Shown here piece by piece: positions 16,500 through 25,167 of a DNA stretch of 43,529 bases; the stretch's first letter is position 1; each line of letters starts with the position of its first letter. The position numbers were made by a program, and so were the translations under genes. The notes beneath the pieces are model-generated. The model saw nothing but the letters and a program-made list of their open reading frames with translations, searched no databases and was not told the DNA's origin. The stretch is from Alphaproteobacteria bacterium (lineage in GTDB: Bacteria; Pseudomonadota; Alphaproteobacteria; Rhizobiales; Aestuariivirgaceae): assembly GCA_024279045.1 (NCBI GenBank), contig JAJRRZ010000046.1, positions 1 to 43,529 of the forward strand, written 5' to 3'.

Positions 16500-17719
16500 G
16501 TCGCACCCTCCCCATTGGTGCGGAAGCGCCGTGGCAGATGCCGGCGCAGCCACGAACCAAGGCTGGCCAGCGCGTTGTAGAGTGATTCGAAGATATCCTC
16601 GCGAAGGGTAAAGCAGGCGCGGTAGTAGCGTGCCAGGGAAAACACCGCCAGCAGCACCCACGGCCCCCAGATGGCCAGCCATGGCGATACCGTCCCTACC
16701 CGCGCCGCCACTGCACCTTGCTGCACCGCCTCGTGATAGGCAATGAGAATGGCCAGCGCGACGGCAAAACGATAACCGCGCTGCCTGCGCCGCTGGCCTA
16801 TGGCAAACGGAATGGCCAGAAACGGCAGCAGCGGCAAGGTAAGGATGGAAACGATTCGCTTGTGAAACTCCGCCTTCAGTTCCGCCACCGAGGCCAGTTC
16901 GCGTGGCTTGTCCAGCGTGGCATAAAGCTCTGGCAGGGTCAGTTCACGCTCGTCCAGCCCGCGCGGGCGGAAGGTCTTTGCGTCTTTCTTGCCAATAGGT
17001 GTTTCCGCCCTGTCGAAAAAACCAGTGGAAAACTTTGGCAGCGCTGCGTTGCTGGCCGGATCCACCCCTGCGTCGATTTTCAACCGGTGGCCGTGCTGCA
17101 GCACCAGCAGCGGGCGCGGATCGTTCTGCTGCGGCACCAGATAACCCGAACGTGCCGTGATGGTCTGCGCCCCTTGCCCGCCCCTGTCATCGAACAGGAA
17201 GATACGGTAAAAGCGCTGTTCCTGCCTGTCCAGCTTGTCGATGATGAAGGTACGCCGGCCCGCCTGCATGAATACCCCCGCCTCGGCCAGGTAGAACACC
17301 TCCACGTTCTGCACCGCATGTTTCAGCGCCCGGTAGGCATAGCGCGTGTAGGGCTGCAACCAGCCAAACACGATAAGCGCCACGAATGCCGCCACCAGCG
17401 ACAGGGCAATCACCGGGCGCGCCAGCCGGTGCAGCGAGATGCCTGCTGCCAGCGCCGCATCCACCTCCGAATGGCGCGACATCTGATTGAAACCGAACAA
17501 CAACCCCAGAAACACCGCCGCCGGAATCGCCAGACCCAGGTAGTGCGGCACCAGGTAACCCAGCATCTCGAACACCAGCGACAGCGAGCCTTTCTTGCCC
17601 AGCGTGAGGTCCAGCACCCGCACGAAACGCTCCGCCAGCAGCATCAGCAGGCTGATGACCAGCGCCACCAGCAATGGCCGCCCCACCTGTTGCAGAACAT
17701 AGCGGTCGAGAATGCCCAT
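16496..17719 (-). CDS. LptF/LptG family permease (LptF-like paralog)
   Basis: MGILDRYVL, SRHSEVDAALAAGISL.RL.RP, TITARSG, ERELTLPEL, AEFHKRI, LAIPFA, AIWGP. Confidence 0.9.
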   Translation of the reverse strand: MGILDRYVLQQVGRPLLVALVISLLMLLAERFVRVLDLTLGKKGSLSLVFEMLGYLVPHYLGLAIPAAVFLGLLFGFNQMSRHSEVDAALAAGISLHRLARPVIALSLVAAFVALIVFGWLQPYTRYAYRALKHAVQNVEVFYLAEAGVFMQAGRRTFIIDKLDRQEQRFYRIFLFDDRGGQGAQTITARSGYLVPQQNDPRPLLVLQHGHRLKIDAGVDPASNAALPKFSTGFFDRAETPIGKKDAKTFRPRGLDERELTLPELYATLDKPRELASVAELKAEFHKRIVSILTLPLLPFLAIPFAIGQRRRQRGYRFAVALAILIAYHEAVQQGAVAARVGTVSPWLAIWGPWVLLAVFSLARYYRACFTLREDIFESLYNALASLGSWLRRHLPRRFRTNGEGAT

Positions 17720-17819
17720 GCCATCCGGCTCCAATCTGCATGTGCCAGCGCGCCGAACCGGCCCGGCGTACCCCCGTCGGCATGCCAAATCATGCGCGGC
17801 AAATCAAATCCGCCACCGT

Positions 17820-18746
17820 TCAGGCAGCAGAAGAAAGCGCCAACCTTTCTCGCGTGCTCATGCCACCTTCGCGCAATTCGCGCCGCTCCACCCGCATGTG
17901 CCAGGCTCCCTCCCGCCGCGCCAGCACGATATGCTGCCAACCCGCCGGCGGGGCCTTGTGGCCCGTAATCATGGAGGCCGACGGTGCGGAAAGCACGTGC
18001 ATCACCCCGCCCGATGCCGTTTCGCGCCGCACATGCGCCCAGCGGTGCGTATGGCCGAACAGCACCAGCTCTGCCCCGGCACGCGTCAGCACCTCTTCCA
18101 GTGCCGCCGCATCCTTCAGCGCCTTGCGTGGCTTGCTCGCCCCCAGCTCCACCAATGGTGGATGATGCACCATCACCACGCGGCAGAAACCTTTCGCCGC
18201 AGTGTCGCGCAACATCTCCTCCAGCCGCTGCAATTGCGCCTCGCCCAGCCGCCCGGAAGCCTCGCGCCACGGAGCCGCATAAGCTGAGTTCAAGCCGATG
18301 AGCGCCACGTTGCCCAGCCGCCGCAACACGGGAAATTCCGGCAGGGCATCAGCCGGCGCCACATCCTCCGCCCGCCCGCTCATCCACGGCACCAGCTCCA
18401 TCAGCCCGGCACGCGCGGCATCGGCAACATAGAAGTCATGATTGCCGGGGACGAACATCACCTTCCGTGGCGCGCCGGCCTCTCGCTCCAGCCACTGCCG
18501 CGCCGCGGCGAACTCCGCCCGGCTGGAGATATTCACCACATCGCCGGTGAGCAGCAGCATACCTTCTGGCGACAAGCGCTGGCGCACATCGGCCATCACC
18601 GCGCGCAAGGCCTCGGGGCGGTGCGCGCGGCGGCGGCGCAACGTCCACGACAGCCAGCCGATGATACGCTTGCCCGGCAGCTCCGCCAGCCGCACCCCGG
18701 CCAACGGCAGATGCGGATCGGTAATATGCGCCAGCTCCACGTGCAC
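17820..18746 (-). CDS. Calcineurin-like metallophosphoesterase
   Basis: HITDPH, TGDVVN, PGNHD, VHHPP, FGHTH metal-binding motifs. Confidence 0.92.
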   Translation of the reverse strand: MHVELAHITDPHLPLAGVRLAELPGKRIIGWLSWTLRRRRAHRPEALRAVMADVRQRLSPEGMLLLTGDVVNISSRAEFAAARQWLEREAGAPRKVMFVPGNHDFYVADAARAGLMELVPWMSGRAEDVAPADALPEFPVLRRLGNVALIGLNSAYAAPWREASGRLGEAQLQRLEEMLRDTAAKGFCRVVMVHHPPLVELGASKPRKALKDAAALEEVLTRAGAELVLFGHTHRWAHVRRETASGGVMHVLSAPSASMITGHKAPPAGWQHIVLARREGAWHMRVERRELREGGMSTRERLALSSAA

Positions 18747-18894
18747 GATGCATTATGCTCCATCTTGATTCGGCCAATGTTGCAAGGGATATACAGGCCA
18801 ACCGGGCATTGACGCCAGAGCATGGAAGGTGTCATGGCCTTTGCTGGGACGACTGCCGCTGCCGCCGGCCCCGCCATCATGGGAGATTTTTTCG

Positions 18895-19674
18895 GTGAAA
18901 GTGATCATCCTCGCTGCCGGCCAGGGCAGCCGCCTGCTGCCATTGACGCAGGAACTGCCCAAGGCCCTGCTGGACATTCACGGCCAGACGCTCATGGGCC
19001 GCCAGATAGACGCCTTCGCCACCTGCGGTGTGCGTGATTTCGTGGTGGTTACCGGCTTCCGTCCGGAGCTGATGGACGAAGCACTGGAGCGCATCGGCCA
19101 GCGCAACAACGTGAACATCCGCGCCATATACAATCCCTTCTATGCGGTTGCCGACAATCTCGCCAGTTGCTGGATGGCGCGCGAGGAGATGACCGGCGAT
19201 TGCATCCAGGTCAATGGCGACAATGTCTTCCGTGCCGACATCGCCGAAGCATTGCTGAATGCCGACGGCGCCCCCGTCATCGCCGCCGTGGCGCGCAAGA
19301 ATGCCTATGACGCCGACGACATGAAGGTGCAGGAGCACGATGGCCTGCTGCGCCACATCGGCAAGCAGCTTCCCTCCGAACAGGTGAATGCCGAAGCCTT
19401 GGGTTTCTACGTGTTTCGCAACGAGGGCGTGGCGCAATACCGGCAAACGCTGGAAGAGATGATTCGCGAGCCGGACGGCCTGCACCAGTGGTTTCCCGCC
19501 GCCATCGACCGGCTGGCCGCCAGCCTGCCGGTGAAGACACTGGACCTGAGCAATCACGAATGGTGCGAGGTGGACTACCCCACCGACCTGAAACTGGCCC
19601 GCGAACTGGCCGCCCGCTGGGACGCCATACAGCACAAGCCACGCCTGGCCTGGCGCAACCCCACAGGACCCTGA
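18895..19674 (+). CDS. Nucleotidyltransferase, LicC/phosphocholine cytidylyltransferase family (CpgD-like)
   Basis: KVIILAAGQGSRL.P....PKALL, VVTGF, YNPFY..DNL.S, NGDNVF, YDADDMKV, WCEVDYP.DL. GTG start after GGGAGA. Confidence 0.88.
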   Translation: MKVIILAAGQGSRLLPLTQELPKALLDIHGQTLMGRQIDAFATCGVRDFVVVTGFRPELMDEALERIGQRNNVNIRAIYNPFYAVADNLASCWMAREEMTGDCIQVNGDNVFRADIAEALLNADGAPVIAAVARKNAYDADDMKVQEHDGLLRHIGKQLPSEQVNAEALGFYVFRNEGVAQYRQTLEEMIREPDGLHQWFPAAIDRLAASLPVKTLDLSNHEWCEVDYPTDLKLARELAARWDAIQHKPRLAWRNPTGP

Positions 19675-19756
19675 CTTTTTCTCCCTCCGCCATGTCCGGC
19701 AAATGCACGGCCGTGGCAGCCAGCGCCGGAATGTGCTGCTGCCATCAGCGCGTTTT

Positions 19757-21214
19757 TTACGCTGGCAGGGAAATGATCACCCGCAGCCCGCCCAGGGGCG
19801 AATCCGCCAGCTCGATGCGCCCGCCATGCGACAACACAAGATCGCGCGCAATGGCCAGCCCCAGCCCGGTACCGGCGGCATCGAGATTGCGCGCCTCGTC
19901 CAGCCGCACGAAGGGGCGGAAAACACGCTCGCGTTCTTGCGGCGGAATGCCGGGGCCATCGTCATCCACGATGATGCGCAGATGTTCTCCCTCCCGTTTC
20001 GCGCTCAGGTGCACCTCGGCCCGTGCATGGCGCAGGGCATTGGCCAGCACGTTGCGCACCGCGCGCCGCAGCGCACCGGGCCGCAAATGCACCGGCGCAA
20101 GCGAGGCCGGGCAGGTCAGCTGCATCTGCTTGCCATGCGTTTGCAATTCTGCGCGCAAATCGCACAATAATGCGCACAGATCCACCTCGCGCACCGGCTC
20201 GCCCTCCGCGCCGCGGGCAAAATCCACATAGCCCTGCAACATGCGCTGCATCTCGTCCACGTCCTGCTTCAGGCTGGCAATGTGTTGCGCATCGGCATCC
20301 AGCAGCGACAGCTCCAGCCGGAAGCGGGTGAGGATGGTGCGCATGTCGTGCGAGATGCCCGCCAGCATGGTGGTGCGCTGCTCCACATGACGCTGCAGGC
20401 GCTGCTGCATGGCGATGAAGGCTTCCGTTGCCTGTTTCACTTCCCGTGCGCCACGCAGCGGCAACGGTGGCGGTGATTGCCCCTTGCCGAAGGCCCGCAT
20501 GGCCGCGGCCAGGTCAAGGATTGGGCTTATCTGCTTGCGCAGGAAAGCCAGCGCCAGCGCCAGCACGATGGCCGCCGCAACGGACATCCACAACAGCAGA
20601 TACGGCGTGGACGTGGCATAGACGCGATCCTTGGAAATGCGGAAACGCAGCACATGCCGCTCATCGGCCAGGATACGCACTTCCACGTGATTGCCGCTGG
20701 AGGCATCTATCCAGAACGGCCTGCCAGGCACGAAACGGCTGACATACTTCGACAAGCGGTAATGCAGGATGGAATACCACGGGCGCGGTTTCAGCGGCGG
20801 CAACGGCGGCGCATCTATCGAAAACCCGATATCCAGGCTGTCCCGCACCGTTTCTTGCAGGCGCTGCAACGCCTGTGGCGTTTTCGGCCCGGCGTCATAC
20901 AGCCTGACAACCAGCGCCACCTGGCGGCTGAAATCCTTAGACAGGCGCTTGGTAACTTCCTCCCAGTGTCGGTCCAGCAATATGCCGATGATTACCAGCA
21001 GCAGCAGCAGAATGGGCAGCACCACGATGAGCAGCGTGCGGCGGTAGAGGTCTTCCGGCAGATGACGCTCCAGAAAGCGGTTGAACCGCCACCACAGCAG
21101 CCGCCAGCCACCTCTCGGCCTGGCTGACATGCTGGCCGGTGTGCTGACTGACGTTGCGGGGGCCGTTTCGCCGCCACCGGACGAAGAGGCCGCATCATGT
21201 TTCACGGCAGTCAT
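19757..21214 (-). CDS. EnvZ-like sensor histidine kinase
   Basis: Two TM helices, HAMP, H-box LAGISHDMRTILTR, NALRHA, DDGPGI, F.RLD..RN...GTGLGL. Confidence 0.93.
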   Translation of the reverse strand: MTAVKHDAASSSGGGETAPATSVSTPASMSARPRGGWRLLWWRFNRFLERHLPEDLYRRTLLIVVLPILLLLLVIIGILLDRHWEEVTKRLSKDFSRQVALVVRLYDAGPKTPQALQRLQETVRDSLDIGFSIDAPPLPPLKPRPWYSILHYRLSKYVSRFVPGRPFWIDASSGNHVEVRILADERHVLRFRISKDRVYATSTPYLLLWMSVAAAIVLALALAFLRKQISPILDLAAAMRAFGKGQSPPPLPLRGAREVKQATEAFIAMQQRLQRHVEQRTTMLAGISHDMRTILTRFRLELSLLDADAQHIASLKQDVDEMQRMLQGYVDFARGAEGEPVREVDLCALLCDLRAELQTHGKQMQLTCPASLAPVHLRPGALRRAVRNVLANALRHARAEVHLSAKREGEHLRIIVDDDGPGIPPQERERVFRPFVRLDEARNLDAAGTGLGLAIARDLVLSHGGRIELADSPLGGLRVIISLPA

Positions 21215-21945
21215 CGGCAAGCCCCTTCCTCGCTGCCGGGCATCACCGTGGCCGCCAGCAAGTAGCCTAGTCCACGCACGGTGCGTATCAGGCGCGGCGC
21301 GGTGGGGTCATCCTCCAGCTTGCGGCGCAGCCGGGCGATTTCCACATCCACCGCGCGCGGGCTGCTGGCGGTGGGAGCCAGCAGCTTCTCGCGCGCCACA
21401 GGCTCGCCCGGTGTAGCCGCCAGCAGGCGCAGTATTTCGCGCTCGCGGCTGGTGAGTTTCAGCAGCCTGCCGTCCTTGCGCAGCTCGCCACTGGCCACAT
21501 CGAGCACATAATCACCCAGCCGCAAGCAGGCCGCGCGCCCCGCCTTGCCCGCGCCATCCCCCGCGCCGCGCCGGATAAGCGCCTTCAGCCGCAGCAGCAG
21601 CTCCTCCGGTTCGAACGGCTTGGGCAGGTAATCATCGGAGCCGGCGGCCAGCCCGTTGATGCGGTCGCTTGTCTCACCCAATGCGGAAAGCAGCAGAATA
21701 GGCACATCCGCCTGTTCCGCCCGCAGCGAGCGGGTCAGCGACAGACCATCCTCGCCAGGCATCATGATGTCCAGCACCATCGCGTCAAAGGCCAGCGTCC
21801 GCAGCCGGGCGCGCGCCTGCGCCGCATCCGCCGCGGCGCTGACACGAAACCCGTTGCGCCGCAGATAGCCGCTCAGCAGCTCGCGAATGCGGTGATCGTC
21901 ATCGACGATCAGCACGTGCGGCGTGTCGTCCTGCATTGGTGGCAT
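21211..21945 (-). CDS. OmpR-family response regulator (PetR-like)
   Basis: VLIVDDD, LDIMMPGEDG, DDYLPKPFEP, winged helix RAVDVEIARLRRKLE.DP..PR.I.TVRG.GY. Start at 21945 or 21936. Confidence 0.93.
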   Translation of the reverse strand: MPPMQDDTPHVLIVDDDHRIRELLSGYLRRNGFRVSAAADAAQARARLRTLAFDAMVLDIMMPGEDGLSLTRSLRAEQADVPILLLSALGETSDRINGLAAGSDDYLPKPFEPEELLLRLKALIRRGAGDGAGKAGRAACLRLGDYVLDVASGELRKDGRLLKLTSREREILRLLAATPGEPVAREKLLAPTASSPRAVDVEIARLRRKLEDDPTAPRLIRTVRGLGYLLAATVMPGSEEGACR

Positions 21946-22474
21946 CTCCCGGCTTGCCGCCCTCCGGCTCCGGCAGACCGCACAGCCGTGCCACGCGGGC
22001 ACGCTCGGCCTCGTCCACCAGGGCGAACAGCATGTTGGCAAAGGCGGCACGGGCCTGCGGCCCGGCCCCATCCAGGGCGGTGCGCACACGGGCGATCTGC
22101 GGCGCTTCCAGTTTCTCCAGCAGGCGCTGCCCCTTCGGTGTCAGGTGCAGCAGGCGCTGGCGGCGGTCGGTATCACCCTCGCGCTGGCGCACGTAACCAC
22201 GCTCCAGCAGCTCGCGCAGCACGCGGTTCAGGCTCTGCTTGGTAATGCGCAGGATGCTCAGCAGCTCCGATACCCTCAAGCCCGGATGCCGCCCGATGAA
22301 ATGCAATATACGGTGATGCGCCCGGCCAAAGCCCAGCTCGGCCAGCATGGCATCCGGCTCGGCCACGAAATCACGATAGGCAAAGAACAACAACTCCATC
22401 AGCCGCAGGATTTCTTCCTCCGCCCCGGAAGCCGTGGCATCCTTGTCGGCAAACTGCCCGGAATGCACATCCAT
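21899..22474 (-). CDS. MarR-family transcriptional regulator (PetP-like)
   Basis: MELLFFAYRDFVAEPD, FGRAHHR, LRITKQSLNRVL, DRRQRLL.LT.KG; AAGGAG RBS before ATG 22474. It is the 3' part of the long track ORF 21899..23755. Confidence 0.92.
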   Translation of the reverse strand: MDVHSGQFADKDATASGAEEEILRLMELLFFAYRDFVAEPDAMLAELGFGRAHHRILHFIGRHPGLRVSELLSILRITKQSLNRVLRELLERGYVRQREGDTDRRQRLLHLTPKGQRLLEKLEAPQIARVRTALDGAGPQARAAFANMLFALVDEAERARVARLCGLPEPEGGKPGDATNAGRHAARADRR

Positions 22475-22515
22475 GCACCGCTCCTTCCGCATGCGTGCAG
22501 CACCCATCAGCAAAT

Positions 22516-22534
22516 AGGTCAGCCATATTGACCT
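22516..22534. promoter_or_regulatory. Palindromic operator, probably for the MarR/PetP regulator
   Basis: AGGTCA-N7-TGACCT in the divergent marR/ilvE intergenic region. Confidence 0.55.
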
Positions 22535-22663
22535 TTTCAGGAATGCATGATAAGGCTGCTTGTCCTCGTGTTGCATATCATAATGAGGCAGTGGCGCGCT
22601 GGTAAGGGGTGCTGGCAAAAGACGCTGGCGAGAGATGCTGGCAAGGGTGAAGGAGGCAACGAC

Positions 22664-23542
22664 ATGGCCGGCAAATCGTTCGACAGTCTGGATGGGGAAA
22701 TCTGGTTCGATGGCGCATTCGTGCCGTGGCAGGACGCGAAGGTGCACCTGCTGACACACGCGCTGCATTACGGCTCCGGCGTGTTCGAGGGCGTGCGCGC
22801 CTACGCCGGGCGCATCTTCCGGCTGGAGGAGCACACGAAGCGGCTGTTCTTCTCCGCGAAGGTGCTGGATCTCGACATTCCCTTTTCCGAAGACGAGATC
22901 AACGCCGCCTGCGAAGAGGTGCTGGCGCACAATGGCCTGAAGGATGCCTACATGCGCCCGCTGGTCTGGCGCGGGGCGGAGCAGATGGGCCTGTCCGCGC
23001 GCAATGCCTCGGTGCACGTGGCCATTGCCGCGTGGGAGTGGCCGTCGTATTTCTCGCCGGAGCAGAGGCTGAAGGGGCTGAAGCTGGGTTTTTCGCGCTG
23101 GCGCCGTCCATCGCCGGACACCGCTCCGGTGATGGCCAAGGCCACCGGCATGTACATGATCCATACCCTGGCCAAGCACGAGGCCGACCGCAAGGGCGAG
23201 GACGACGCCCTGATGCTGGACTGGCGCGGCCAGGTGGCCGAGGCTACCGGCGCCAACATCTTTCTGGTGCGCGATGGCGAGCTGCACACCCCCATCACCG
23301 ACAACTGCCTGGACGGCATTACCCGCCACGCCGTCATCGAGCTGGCGGAAAAGCGCGGATGGAAGGTGGTGCAGCGCCCCATCTGGCCCACCGAGCTGCC
23401 GGCATTCCAGGAGTGTTTTCTCACCGGCACGGCGGCGGAGGTTACGCCGGTGGCCAGCATCGGCCCCTATGACTACACGGTGGGCGAGATCACCCGCACG
23501 CTGATGGACGATTACGACAAGCTGGTGCGCGGCAGCAATTGA
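22664..23542 (+). CDS. ilvE: Branched-chain amino acid aminotransferase
   Basis: LTHALHYGSGVFEGVRAY, PLP-lysine region AKATGMY, EATGANIF, LDGITR, FLTGTAAEVTP; AGGAGG RBS. Confidence 0.96.
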   Translation: MAGKSFDSLDGEIWFDGAFVPWQDAKVHLLTHALHYGSGVFEGVRAYAGRIFRLEEHTKRLFFSAKVLDLDIPFSEDEINAACEEVLAHNGLKDAYMRPLVWRGAEQMGLSARNASVHVAIAAWEWPSYFSPEQRLKGLKLGFSRWRRPSPDTAPVMAKATGMYMIHTLAKHEADRKGEDDALMLDWRGQVAEATGANIFLVRDGELHTPITDNCLDGITRHAVIELAEKRGWKVVQRPIWPTELPAFQECFLTGTAAEVTPVASIGPYDYTVGEITRTLMDDYDKLVRGSN

Positions 23543-23583
23543 CATCCTCCGCCGCCGCCAGTGCCCACTCCCGCGCCAGAGAG

Positions 23584-23704
23584 GCATGGCATCTGTGGCG
23601 TTCAAGCGAAATATCAGCGTTCTTGCGCCCGCTGATAATACCTGAAGGTATTTCCAGGGGAGCAAGGGCGTTGAGATGAAGCATGAACGCCACAGATGCC
23701 GTGC
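23584..23704. repeat. 121-bp element with 21-bp terminal inverted repeats and internal hairpins
   Basis: GCATGGCATCTGTGGCGTTCA / TGAACGCCACAGATGCCGTGC (20 of 21 complementary); internal TATCAGCG/CGCTGATA and AATACC/GGTATT stems. Confidence 0.75.
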
Positions 23705-24084
23705 AAATTCATGGGTCCTGAACCTGGCAAACTGAATGCCGCATGAACGGCGCATTCATGCCGCTCTCAGCCGCACCGCGCTATTTCCGTTGTCAACAAT
23801 CCGGGCGGCGGGCGGCGCTCGCGGGCAACGTCTCGTGTCAACCCCCATCCGCCCTCCTGCCACGGCGTCTGCCTGCTTGACCGCCGTTCTGCCTGTCCCG
23901 GATTGTGCCTTCGTGGCTGGCCCGCCTTCCATCCCCCCGGAAGGCGGGCCTTTTCCATGACTTTGCCGCACACGGATGCAATGCATGTTGACTCCGCCGC
24001 GGGGGGCTGGTTGAAGAGGCGCGAAACAACGGCAGCGGGCCGCCCTTCTCGTGGCTGGCCCGGCAGCAGGGCATTCGGGGACAG

Positions 24085-25017
24085 ATGAAGCTCATCTCGG
24101 GAAACGCCAACCGCCCGCTGGCGGAGGCCATCGCCACCTATTTGAACCAGCCGCTGACGAAGTGCCTGGTGCGGCGCTTCGCCGACATGGAAATCTTCGT
24201 CGAGATTCAGGAAAACGTGCGCGGCGAGGATGTGTTCATCATCCAGCCGACATCGTTTCCCACCAACGACCACCTGATGGAACTGCTCATCATCGTCGAT
24301 GCCGCGCGCCGCGCCTCGGCCCGCCGCATCACGGCGGTGGTGCCCTATTTCGGCTATGCCCGGCAGGATCGCAAGCCCGGCCCGCGCACACCCATCACCG
24401 CGAAGCTGGTGGCCAACATGATCGAGCGCGCCGGCGCCGACCGGGTGCTGACCATCGACCTGCACGCCGGGCAGATACAGGGCTTCTTCGACATTCCGGT
24501 GGACAACCTCTATGCCGCGCCGGTGATGGTGCAGGACCTGAAACGCCATTACGACCTGGAGAACGTGATGGTCGTCTCACCCGATGTCGGCGGTGTGGTG
24601 CGCGCCCGCGCCCTTGCCAAGCGCATCGGCGCACAATTGGCCATTGTCGACAAGCGCCGCGAACGCCCCGGCGAATCGGAGGTGATGAACATCATCGGCG
24701 ACGTGCATGGCCGCGCCTGTATCCTGGTGGACGACATTGTCGATTCCGGTGGCACGCTGTGCAACGCGGCGGAGGCCCTGCTGGAACAGGGCGCACAGGA
24801 AGTTTCCGCCTACATCACCCACGGCGTGCTCTCCGGCGGCGCCGTGGCGCGGATTGCCGCCAGCCCGCTGAAGGAGCTGGTGATCACCGACTCCATCCAG
24901 CCGACGGAAGCGGTGCGGGTGGCCAGCAATCTCCGCGTCATCTCCGTGGCCGAGCTGCTGGGCGAGGCCGTGCGCCGCACCGCCGAGGAGCGTTCCGTCT
25001 CCTCGCTGTTCTACTGA
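24085..25017 (+). CDS. prs: Ribose-phosphate pyrophosphokinase
   Basis: [55 protein letters not shown]. Confidence 0.98.
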   Translation: MKLISGNANRPLAEAIATYLNQPLTKCLVRRFADMEIFVEIQENVRGEDVFIIQPTSFPTNDHLMELLIIVDAARRASARRITAVVPYFGYARQDRKPGPRTPITAKLVANMIERAGADRVLTIDLHAGQIQGFFDIPVDNLYAAPVMVQDLKRHYDLENVMVVSPDVGGVVRARALAKRIGAQLAIVDKRRERPGESEVMNIIGDVHGRACILVDDIVDSGGTLCNAAEALLEQGAQEVSAYITHGVLSGGAVARIAASPLKELVITDSIQPTEAVRVASNLRVISVAELLGEAVRRTAEERSVSSLFY

Positions 25018-25167
25018 GAGCCGCCCGGTCATTGGGCAAAACCGCCAACCCTGAACGCTCCCCCGGCAAACGGGCAACGCTGCCACAAGCCGGCACGGCG
25101 CCTTGTTTTCCCAAAAAATGGCTTGTGGCCGACACCACCCACCACAAGACCTTTCTCCACGATCGGC

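Noticed and set aside
21899-23755. 618-aa minus-strand ORF as one protein
   Set aside because: Only the last 191 codons encode MarR, with their own RBS; the rest is the antisense shadow of ilvE.
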